Assembly (NCBI GenBank): GCA_008932965.1
Contig: WBXG01000061.1
Span: forward strand, 1 to 9,855
Length of the DNA stretch: 9,855 nucleotides
From: Verrucomicrobiota bacterium
GTDB lineage: Bacteria > Verrucomicrobiota > Verrucomicrobiia > Chthoniobacterales > UBA6821
Reading direction: 5' to 3'
In this document: positions 1 through 6,594 of the stretch, piece by piece
How the letters are laid out: the number at the start of each line of letters is the position of its first letter
How positions within the stretch are numbered: position 1 is the stretch's first letter
Translations under genes and position numbers: made by a program
The notes under the pieces: model-generated
Seen by the model: the letters and a program-made list of their open reading frames with translations, nothing else
Database searches by the model: none
What the model was told of the DNA's origin: nothing

Positions 1-153
1 AAAGAGAATAATAAGGGTAATCCTAATAAAGAAACCGTGAGAAGCTTAGAGCATGCAATCTTTTGTTATCAACATGCTGCCAGCGCAGTAGCTGAGAATA
101 AATCAGAGGAGGCTATCAAATGGGGTAAGTATGGAGATGACTCAATGAGATAA
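1..153 (+). CDS. 3' end of an unidentified CDS entering from the left edge (50 codons plus TAA)
   Basis: Frame 1 is open from base 1 to TAA at 151-153 (KENNKGNPNKETVRSLEHAIFCYQHAASAVAENKSEEAIKWGKYGDDSMR*). I recognise no motif. It is too short to appear on the ORF track. Confidence 0.3.
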   Translation, partial: KENNKGNPNKETVRSLEHAIFCYQHAASAVAENKSEEAIKWGKYGDDSMR

Positions 154-323
154 TCCTAAGTGGGTCTAAAAAGGGAATTAGCCCGCATATATCATACTCA
201 TCGTGACGAGGAGATCACGATCATTAGGAGGTATCAGGGCTGGGTGATATCTGAATTTTAAGAAAATATCAAAACAATCTCTTCAGCGTTGATCCTTGGA
301 GCATTTTAAACCACCATGTCTTT

Positions 324-1295
324 ATGGATTATCTTGAACGAGCACGTCGTGTTCTCACCATTGAATCAGAGGAGGTCTCCCTCCTTGCAAAACGACTTGA
401 TCACAATTTTGAAAAAGCAATCGGATTGCTCCTTACAACAATCACATCTCGTGGAAAAATCATTGTTATTGGTGTTGGCAAATCGGGTCATATTGGTGAA
501 AAAATTGCAGCAACATTGACGAGCACAGGAGCTCCTACTGTTGTGCTCAATTCTTTAAATGCACTCCATGGCGATCTGGGGGTTGTTTGTGATGGGGATC
601 TTTTTTTGTTACTCAGCTACAGTGGTGAAACGGCAGAATTGCTGAATCTTCTTCCTTCCCTAGCACATTTTGATGCTCGTCGTATTGCTTTAACCGGGAA
701 TCTCGGCTCTACCTTAGCAAAATCGAGTGATATCGTTCTGGATGTTTCTGTTTCTCAAGAGGCATGCCCTTATAATTTAGCACCCACTTCAAGCACAACC
801 GTCATGGTAGCATTGGGAGATGCTTTAGCCATGGTACTTTTAGAAGCACGTGGTTTTACACGTGAAAATTTTGCTCGCTTTCATCCTGCAGGCCATTTGG
901 GACGTTCTATTTTATTACGTGTTCGTAATATGATGCGCCCTCTCTCAGAGGTGGTCGTCGTTAAACCAGAGACTTCTGTCTCTGCAACGTTAAAAGAACT
1001 CACTGCCAAGAAGCTTGGGGCTGCCATTATTACTCATCCTGATGGCACATTGGCAGGTATTTTTACCCATGGAGATTTTGTACGGCACTTCACCTCCGGA
1101 AAAGATTTCAATGATTATCCCGTTGGTGCGCTAATGACCACCTCTCCCATTACTATTGATCAAGATAAAATCGCTGCCGATGTGTTGGCTATTTTAGAAC
1201 ATCATCGTATTGAAGATCTCATTGTTGTTGATGCAACTGAAAAAGTTGTTGGCCTCATCGATTCTCAAGATCTTTTTAAATGGAGAGTTTTGTAA
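324..1295 (+). CDS. kdsD: Arabinose-5-phosphate isomerase, KpsF/GutQ/KdsD family (SIS domain plus tandem CBS domains)
   Basis: 323 aa, the typical length. The SIS phosphosugar-binding motif GVGKSGHIGEKIAATLTSTGAPT closely matches E. coli KdsD GMGKSGHIGRKMAATFASTG. The C-terminal roughly 120 aa has the CBS-pair pattern (LGAAIITHPDGTLAGIFTHGDF ... IEDLIVVDATEKVVGLIDSQDL). Confidence 0.9.
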   Translation: MDYLERARRVLTIESEEVSLLAKRLDHNFEKAIGLLLTTITSRGKIIVIGVGKSGHIGEKIAATLTSTGAPTVVLNSLNALHGDLGVVCDGDLFLLLSYSGETAELLNLLPSLAHFDARRIALTGNLGSTLAKSSDIVLDVSVSQEACPYNLAPTSSTTVMVALGDALAMVLLEARGFTRENFARFHPAGHLGRSILLRVRNMMRPLSEVVVVKPETSVSATLKELTAKKLGAAIITHPDGTLAGIFTHGDFVRHFTSGKDFNDYPVGALMTTSPITIDQDKIAADVLAILEHHRIEDLIVVDATEKVVGLIDSQDLFKWRVL

Positions 1296-1369
1296 GATTC
1301 GTTTTTTTATTTCCTCATGGAGGAGCTGGCACTATCTTCATTTTTTTGAAATCAACTTTTTAATTTTCT

Positions 1370-1927
1370 ATGGCACTCGCAAACGATCTTCGCAAAGGAA
1401 TGGCAATCAAATACAATAGTAATGCTGCTATTGTTCTTGAAGTTACCCACCGCACTCCTGGTAATCTTCGCGCATTTGTACAGTGTATCATTCGCTACAT
1501 CGGCACGGGTAAATCAGCTGACATCCGCTTTTCATCCACAGAAAAAGTAGAATTAGTCGATGTTTCTCGAACTACATTAGAGTTCAGCTATCAGGATCAA
1601 GAAGGTTTTCATTTCATGGATCCAGCAACCTTTGAGACTATCACCCTCCAAAAAGATTTTATTGGTGATGCCAAAGATTATCTTTCAGAGGGGATGAGTG
1701 CTGAAATCCTCTATGTTGAAGGACGTGCTGTTTCTGTAGAGCTTCCTCCAAGTGCTAACCTCAAGGTTGTAGAATCTCCTGAGGGCCTGCGTGGCGACTC
1801 CTCTGGTAATGTCATGAAGCCTGCGATCTTAGAAACTGGAAAGTCCATTAATGTTCCTCTTTTCATAAAAGAAGGGGAAATCATCAAGGTCGACACGCGC
1901 AGTGGTGAATATATGGGAAGGGCCTAG
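1370..1927 (+). CDS. efp: Translation elongation factor P (EF-P family; atypical tip residue, see findings)
   Basis: 185 aa. It aligns without gaps to E. coli EF-P over the N-domain (NDLRKGMAI.../NDFRAGLKI...). The C-terminal signature [36 protein letters not shown] matches [35 protein letters not shown]. Confidence 0.93.
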   Translation: [185 protein letters not shown]

Positions 1928-1955
1928 GGATGCGCCTGTAGCTCATCTCTATAAT

Positions 1956-2083
1956 GAGTAATGGGTGATCGGTATGAAAATGCCCTCCTGCCTTCTCCCA
2001 TAAGCCTTCACAGCCTCCTTGTTACGATCAGTATGAAATATTTGGGCTAACACTCATTACACATTACTCATCACCCGTTACTC
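1956..2083. repeat. Inverted repeat (14 nt, 13/14 complementary, the mismatch being a U-G wobble in RNA) enclosing a 14-nt direct repeat and a pyrimidine-rich core, in the efp-downstream spacer
   Basis: GAGTAATGGGTGAT (1956-1969) is the reverse complement of ATCACCCGTTACTC (2070-2083) except T1962/G2077. GATCGGTATGAAAA (1967-1980) and GATCAGTATGAAAT (2026-2039) are a 12/14 direct repeat. CCTCC-type tracts lie between them. A perfect TATAAT sits at 1950-1955. Confidence 0.5.
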
Positions 2084-2099
2084 TTTACTTGTTTCCAAC

Positions 2100-2849
2100 A
2101 TGGTTCCAAAAACATGGGTTAAGTTCATTGTTGCTCTCTTCCTTGTTCCTTTTGTTTGGGTGCTGACGAAAACATTTTTGGAGACTTTAGGATTTTCTTT
2201 GCATCATGGATTACTGGATACGCAGGGGTGTCTCTTTTTTTTAGCAGGTATTGTTTTATGGGGATTCGCATTTTGGCTCTTGCCGCGTGCATGGCTGCTT
2301 TGGCCCTATGTTTATGGACATGAGTGTACCCATGCTATTTGGGTAAAGCTTTTTGGAGGAACAGTGCAGGAAAAATTTTATGTCAGTACGCAAGGGGGAC
2401 ACATCCTCACTGATCGGGTCAATACCTGGATTGCTTTAGCCCCTTATTTTTTTCCTGTGTATAGTTTGCTTGTGATCTCTATCTATGGAGTAGCAACACT
2501 TTTTATGGAGATGACTCCTTTTCAATGGGTGATGTTCTTGTTGCTCGGCTTCACATGGGCTTTCCACCTGACTTTTACTTGCCTCTTTCTATTTCAAGGT
2601 CAACCGGATGTTCATTATGGGGGTACCTTTTTTTCCATGATCATCATCTATGGAATCAATCTTTTGCTTGTGACCCTTTTCTTGCTCATTACTGCACCTT
2701 ATGTGAGTAGCAGAGGATTTTTGGAGCAGTTCTTATGCAATCTTGGAGAATTCATAGAACAATCCCAGTGGATCATAGAGAGGCTTTTTTCAGGGCTCGT
2801 GTGGCTCGCCCGAGAAGCTCAGCAATGTTACGCTTCATGGAGTAAATAA
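2100..2849 (+). CDS. Polytopic membrane protein with an HExxH motif; putative membrane-embedded zinc metallopeptidase (M50B/DUF3267-like)
   Basis: 249 aa with about 5 hydrophobic helices. HECTH (H74-H78, nt 2319-2333) lies directly after TM2 in the context YGHECTHAIWVKLFGGTVQEKFYVSTQGGHILTD. This fits the HExxHxxxxxxxGG...GG pattern I associate with peptidase_M50B/DUF3267-type proteins. The function is not proven. Confidence 0.8.
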   Translation: MVPKTWVKFIVALFLVPFVWVLTKTFLETLGFSLHHGLLDTQGCLFFLAGIVLWGFAFWLLPRAWLLWPYVYGHECTHAIWVKLFGGTVQEKFYVSTQGGHILTDRVNTWIALAPYFFPVYSLLVISIYGVATLFMEMTPFQWVMFLLLGFTWAFHLTFTCLFLFQGQPDVHYGGTFFSMIIIYGINLLLVTLFLLITAPYVSSRGFLEQFLCNLGEFIEQSQWIIERLFSGLVWLAREAQQCYASWSK

Positions 2850-2857
2850 AAAAACTC

Positions 2858-2931
2858 TGGAGCGGGTAGAGGGAATCGAACCCTCCTGGCCAGCTTGGAA
2901 GGCTGGAACATTACCACTATGCTATACCCGC
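2858..2931 (-). tRNA. tRNA-Gly (anticodon UCC), CCA end encoded
   Basis: The reverse complement reads GCGGGTA TA GCAT AGTGGTA ATGT T CCAGC CTTCCAA GCTGG CCAG GAGGG TTCGATT CCCTC TACCCGC T CCA. It has a 7-bp acceptor stem, canonical GG in the D-loop, a TTCGATT T-loop and anticodon TCC at positions 34-36. Length 74 nt. Confidence 0.93.
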
Positions 2932-3015
2932 GCAAAAAACAGCACATATGGTTAACAGAGAGATTGACACAAGTAAAGAGCCAACTCGTTGGAAAACGAA
3001 CCATGAAATATTCCT

Positions 3016-4155
3016 CTATCCATGATAACAGCGATGAACACGGTTGGTAATACCCGTAAAAAGGTGCCAGCTAATAGTATTAGCTTTGGCAGCAAGTTCA
3101 GTGGCTGTGATTTCATGTTTTCCTTGTTTGCCAATAAGTACAGCCTCATCACCAACCTTCACGTTGGCAATAGAAGTGACATCGACAACAATCTGATCCA
3201 TGGTCACACGTCCTAATATAGGAGCCCGTTTTCCTTGAATCAGCACGAAAGCCCCATTTCCTGAAACCTGCCGCGGATATCCATCACCATAGCCAACAGG
3301 TAAAATAGCTACTCTGATATCACGGGGAGCACAGTAGGTCCTCCCATAGCTCACCGTGCTCCCCTTGGGGAGCTTGTGAATAAAGCAAATAGTGGCTTTC
3401 CAGGTCATTGCAGGACGGAGTAATTTTTGAAATCGAGGCAGAGGGGCAACCCCATAAAGCAGGAGTCCAAGACGCACTGTCTCGTGAGCTTCTTGTGGAA
3501 AACGCAATAGACCTGCTGAATTAAGAAAATGGATCTCAGCATGAGGAGCTAATGCCAGTAAAGGAATCATTGTTTTTCTAAACAATCGGATCTGCTGGCG
3601 CGTATAACCGAGGTCAGAGTCAGCAGATGGAAGGTGTGTTGAGATGCTTTGAATGGTGAGGGGAAGTCGGCAAATTTTTTTTAATGTTTTTTCGGCAGTC
3701 TCATAAAATGCTCCAAGGCGTCCCATGCCGGTATTGATTTTAAAATGAATCAAGGCACCCACTGGTGCGACCTTAGCAAAACGACGTGCCTCTTCGTAGG
3801 AAGAAATCGTTGGAATAAAACCATGCTCGGCAATCGCAGAATACTCGGATGGTAATGCGGCGCTCAGTAACATGATTGGATGAGTGTGATCGATTGCTTC
3901 GATTATTAATGCCTCTTCGAGAGAGGCAACTGCAAAATAATTGACTTGCTTGCTAATAGCAGTGACGACTTCTTGTATTCCATGACCATAGGCGTCAGCT
4001 TTAACTACCGCGATAATAGTTGCATCAGGAGCATGCTGCTTGATCACTCGAAGATTATGACGAAAAGCTCTGCGATCAATCTCAACCCAGGTGCGATAAA
4101 CCTGTTTTTTTAAAACAGGTCGCTGATTTTTGTCATTGGGGATTCCTTGTTGCAT
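3016..4155 (-). CDS. alr: Alanine racemase (PLP-dependent)
   Basis: 379 aa. The diagnostic PLP-lysine motif AVVKADAYGHG is present (Lys52). Also present are WVEIDRRAFRHNLR near the N-terminus, VSYGRTY and VGYGDGYPR blocks, and LGRVTMDQIVVDV in the C-terminal beta domain. Confidence 0.93.
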   Translation of the reverse strand: MQQGIPNDKNQRPVLKKQVYRTWVEIDRRAFRHNLRVIKQHAPDATIIAVVKADAYGHGIQEVVTAISKQVNYFAVASLEEALIIEAIDHTHPIMLLSAALPSEYSAIAEHGFIPTISSYEEARRFAKVAPVGALIHFKINTGMGRLGAFYETAEKTLKKICRLPLTIQSISTHLPSADSDLGYTRQQIRLFRKTMIPLLALAPHAEIHFLNSAGLLRFPQEAHETVRLGLLLYGVAPLPRFQKLLRPAMTWKATICFIHKLPKGSTVSYGRTYCAPRDIRVAILPVGYGDGYPRQVSGNGAFVLIQGKRAPILGRVTMDQIVVDVTSIANVKVGDEAVLIGKQGKHEITATELAAKANTISWHLFTGITNRVHRCYHG

Positions 4156-4285
4156 TTGAAAAATAGGATTATTTTAATAATTTCATAAGAACCAAGCAAA
4201 TAGAAGAGATGAATTAAGAGGAATTTTTTTCTTTATTGGAAGATTACGTTCTTGGCAAAGAGTCAAGGAATGATAGTCTCAACAA

Positions 4286-4639
4286 ATGCCTACTCCTACA
4301 AAAAAATCGACTATTGTTAAGAAGAAGCCTGCTGTTAAAAGCGTTAAAAAAACACTCAGCAAAAAACCTGCGAAGACCAGTTTAAAGAAAAAAGTTGTAA
4401 AGAAAAAATCTAGTCTTTCTCCAGCTGAAGATAAAGTTGCAAAAGAGGCTCTCAAGCTTGTCGATAAAGCTGCATCGCTACTGCGCAAGGGAATCAAAAC
4501 TAGTTCCAAAGCCACGCAGGAAGCTCGTGCTTCATTACACAACGAAGCACATTCACTCCTTGGCAAAGCCTCTTCTCATCTCGATCATGCATTGAAATCT
4601 GGGGCTTCTTTATTGCGTAGTGCGATCAATAAAATCTAG
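4286..4639 (+). CDS. Lys-rich, histone H1-like / nucleoid-associated-type small basic protein (function inferred from composition only)
   Basis: 117 aa. The first 45 residues contain 17 Lys in KKPA/KKxL-type repeats (MPTPTKKSTIVKKKPAVKSVKKTLSKKPAKTSLKKKVVKKKSSLS). The C-terminal 70 aa is an Ala/Ser/Leu/Lys-rich predicted helical region. The antisense ORF 4279-4566 is a Phe/Leu-rich mirror image and is rejected. Confidence 0.7.
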   Translation: MPTPTKKSTIVKKKPAVKSVKKTLSKKPAKTSLKKKVVKKKSSLSPAEDKVAKEALKLVDKAASLLRKGIKTSSKATQEARASLHNEAHSLLGKASSHLDHALKSGASLLRSAINKI

Positions 4640-4693
4640 CCATAGCATTTTGGAACCCTCCAGAATAGCTGATTAAAAGAGTTCCTTCTTTTC

Positions 4694-5641
4694 ATGAAAA
4701 TACTTGTTACTGGAGGAGCTGGTTTTATTGGGTCACACCTCGTTAGGGCTTTGCTCCTAGAAGGGCATCAAGTTACTGTACTCGATGACTTCAATGATTT
4801 TTATAATCCTGCGATCAAACGAAGCAATCTTGCAGATATAGCGAATCATGTTGCAATCGTTGAGGGAGATTTACGTGATGAAGCTGCTGTCCAAGAAATT
4901 TTTTCCAAAGCTCGTCCAGAAGTAACCATTCATCTTGCGGCACGGGCTGGAGTGAGACCTTCAATTCTTCATCCCAAATTATATCTCGAGACAAATGTCA
5001 ATGGTACTTTTCATGTGCTTGAGGCAGCTCGTCTTTGTGGATGTGAACGGATGATTTTTGCTTCTAGCTCCTCTGTTTATGGTCTTGCCACAACAGTCCC
5101 GTTTCATGAGGAATTAGCACTTCCACAAACATTGAGTCCCTATGCAGCAACCAAGCTTGCAGGAGAGCAGCTCTGCGGTAATTTTTCTTATCTCTACGGA
5201 ATGAAAACAGTCTCTCTTCGCTTTTTCACTGTCTACGGACCTGGACAGCGCCCTGACTTAGCTATTCATGCTTTTACTCATGCCATCACACTCGGTCGCC
5301 CCATTAAAAAATTTGGAGATGGCTCTACCCGCCGCGACTATACTTACATTGATGATATTGTCCAAGGAGTGATAGGAGCTATCAGCTATGACAAAAAAAG
5401 TTTTGATATTTTTAATTTAGGAGGACATAAAACCACATCACTCACAGAGCTCATTGCATTGATTGAAAAAGCTGTTGGCCGCACCGCTATTATTGAAGAG
5501 CATCCCGAGCAAAAAGGGGACATGCCATTAACCTATGCTCAGATTAGCAAGGCTCAACAATTTTTAGGATATAATCCTAAAACACCTATTGAGATTGGCA
5601 TTCCAAAATTTGTGGAATGGTATCAACAGACCACTCATTAA
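4694..5641 (+). CDS. NAD-dependent sugar-nucleotide epimerase/dehydratase, extended SDR family (UDP-glucuronate 4-epimerase-like)
   Basis: 315 aa. It has the N-terminal Rossmann motif ILVTGGAGFIGSHL and the catalytic YxxxK (YAATKLAGE). The block LRFFTVYGPGQRPDLA resembles the RFFTVYGPWGRPDMA block of UDP-GlcA 4-epimerases. The exact substrate is not assignable. Confidence 0.88.
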   Translation: MKILVTGGAGFIGSHLVRALLLEGHQVTVLDDFNDFYNPAIKRSNLADIANHVAIVEGDLRDEAAVQEIFSKARPEVTIHLAARAGVRPSILHPKLYLETNVNGTFHVLEAARLCGCERMIFASSSSVYGLATTVPFHEELALPQTLSPYAATKLAGEQLCGNFSYLYGMKTVSLRFFTVYGPGQRPDLAIHAFTHAITLGRPIKKFGDGSTRRDYTYIDDIVQGVIGAISYDKKSFDIFNLGGHKTTSLTELIALIEKAVGRTAIIEEHPEQKGDMPLTYAQISKAQQFLGYNPKTPIEIGIPKFVEWYQQTTH

Positions 5642-5646
5642 CGGAT

Positions 5647-5664
5647 AGGAGGGTCCCCTTTTTT
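5647..5664 (+). terminator. Weak candidate intrinsic terminator after the epimerase gene
   Basis: AGGAGGGTCCCC followed by TTTTTT, beginning 6 nt after the stop codon. Only a very short GC stem (GG/CC plus A-U and G-U pairs into the T-run) can form. Confidence 0.25.
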
Positions 5665-5728
5665 AGTTCCATCGACAATACAGAATTTCGATGTTCCTTT
5701 CTGAAGTTTCGTTTCAAAGTAATTTGAC

Positions 5729-5734
5729 TATAAT
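5729..5734 (+). promoter_or_regulatory. Candidate -10 box upstream of rpmH
   Basis: A perfect TATAAT lies 54 nt upstream of the rpmH ATG. No convincing -35 sits at 16-18 nt spacing (TTTCGT/GTTTCG). TTGAC abuts the box directly. Confidence 0.3.
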
Positions 5735-5787
5735 GATTGACGGCACAGTTATTCTATGGCACTCTCCCTCACCAACTTTTTTTTACG

Positions 5788-5961
5788 ATGAAGCGCACCT
5801 ACCAACCATCTAAGCGAACCAGAAAACAGCAATTTGGCTTTCGTGCACGCATGGCCACTAAAAATGGTCGCGCTATTTTAAGTCGTCGTCGTCGACACGG
5901 ACGTGTACGGCTTTTGCCAAAAGGCGTTGAGATTCATTTCAAACGTCATACGGAAGCTTAA
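5788..5961 (+). CDS. rpmH: 50S ribosomal protein L34 (57 aa, with a C-terminal extension)
   Basis: [43 protein letters not shown] is the canonical L34 sequence. I chose ATG 5788 rather than the track's TTG at 5737, because the 17 upstream residues have no L34 counterpart. Confidence 0.93.
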   Translation: MKRTYQPSKRTRKQQFGFRARMATKNGRAILSRRRRHGRVRLLPKGVEIHFKRHTEA

Positions 5962-6052
5962 GCAGGCTTTATACTCTCCTCATTTAGACTTGGGGAAGGA
6001 TGTATACATACAGCCCAGTGTTAAATGGTCGTATGCCTTACCTCATCTGCTT

Positions 6053-6082
6053 TTGCGATCTCCACGTCACGATTAGTATAAA
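6053..6082 (+). promoter_or_regulatory. Candidate sigma70-type internal promoter for rnpA-yidD-yidC
   Basis: TTGCGA (6053-6058), an 18-nt spacer, then TATAAA (6077-6082). These match consensus at 4/6 and 5/6. The element lies 31 nt upstream of the rnpA ATG, within the 151-nt rpmH-rnpA spacer. Confidence 0.3.
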
Positions 6083-6112
6083 AAATTCGGGCTTGGGTTC
6101 TCTTTTCCATTC

Positions 6113-6574
6113 ATGTTTAAGATTGAAAAATCAACATTTGAAAAACAGGCTCCTAGTGATGTGACCTTTCCACGAAACGCTTCTCTTAGCTCCAGTCTCC
6201 AATTTAAGGCTGTTCGTGATTATGGGATTTCTGCCTGGGGTCCTCTTTTTCGTCTCTCGTGTTTAAAAAAAGAGTCAGTGCCCTTATCGCTTCCCCAACT
6301 ATTGGAGGAGCAAGATACAATAGCTTTAAAATATCCCAATAACGGAACTGACCCCTTCTCAAAAGGAGGATTTATTGTTTCCCGACGTGTTGGAAATGCT
6401 GTGGTGCGTAATCGTGTGAAGCGTCGTTTACGTGAACTCTATCGATTGGAACGGATGCATGTTCTTCCGGGTCTCTGGCTCGTCTTCATTGCAACTCCTC
6501 AAGCAGCGTCAGCCAGCTTTGCTCAACTGCGTGAGGAATGGTATCGTCTTTCAAAAAAACTTTCTCTTTTTTAA
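6113..6574 (+). CDS. rnpA: Ribonuclease P protein component
   Basis: The RNR motif GNAVVRNRVKRRLRELYR is present, and the N-terminal FPRNASLSSSLQF matches E. coli FPRELRLLTPSQF. The gene sits between rpmH and yidD. The start is ambiguous: ATG 6113 is the first start after the in-frame TAG at 6074, while GTG 6161 would give the usual short N-terminus (M-TFPR...). Confidence 0.9.
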   Translation: MFKIEKSTFEKQAPSDVTFPRNASLSSSLQFKAVRDYGISAWGPLFRLSCLKKESVPLSLPQLLEEQDTIALKYPNNGTDPFSKGGFIVSRRVGNAVVRNRVKRRLRELYRLERMHVLPGLWLVFIATPQAASASFAQLREEWYRLSKKLSLF

Positions 6575-6594
6575 ACAATCACGATGTGATTCCT

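Noticed and set aside
200-221. Hairpin ATCGTGA-CGAGGAGA-TCACGAT downstream of the edge ORF, followed by AGGAGG (226-231)
   Set aside because: The stem is only 7 bp with no U-tract. No start codon lies within reach of the AGGAGG (only a 5-codon GTG ORF). This is insufficient to call a terminator or a small gene.
2971-2976. Perfect TTGACA -35 hexamer on the + strand between tRNA-Gly and alr
   Set aside because: No -10-like element follows at 16-19 nt, and both flanking genes are on the - strand, so there is nothing for it to drive.
2858-4155. tRNA-Gly(UCC) co-oriented 84 nt downstream of alr, as a possible non-proteinogenic cell-wall tRNA-Gly like those used for staphylococcal peptidoglycan bridges
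   Set aside because: The tRNA has fully canonical elements (GG in the D-loop, TTCGATT T-loop, regular stems). It lacks the deviations described for the non-proteinogenic Gly isoacceptors, and there are no fem-like genes nearby. The adjacency is most simply coincidence.
4279-4566. 95-aa ORF antisense to the Lys-rich gene
   Set aside because: Its Phe/Leu-rich sequence (FFFTTFFFKLVF...) is simply the complement of AAA/AAG-rich Lys codons. It overlaps the sense gene almost completely. It is a shadow ORF.
5737-5787. Upstream TTG start for rpmH, giving a 74-aa protein
   Set aside because: The 17 extra residues ([17 protein letters not shown]) have no counterpart in L34, and the canonical MKRTYQPS N-terminus begins at ATG 5788.
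4156-6112. Replication origin or DnaA-box cluster near rpmH-rnpA-yidC, which often neighbour dnaA/oriC
   Set aside because: By eye I found no TTATCCACA-like boxes in the AT-rich spacers (4156-4285, 5642-5787, 5962-6112). dnaA, dnaN, mnmE and jag are absent from the window, so the cluster is simply uncoupled from the origin here.
6538-6594. Upstream ATG start for yidD, giving a 98-aa protein
   Set aside because: It would overlap the 3' end of rnpA by 37 nt and add 19 non-homologous residues. YidD homology begins near ATG 6595 (GTG 6586 remains possible).
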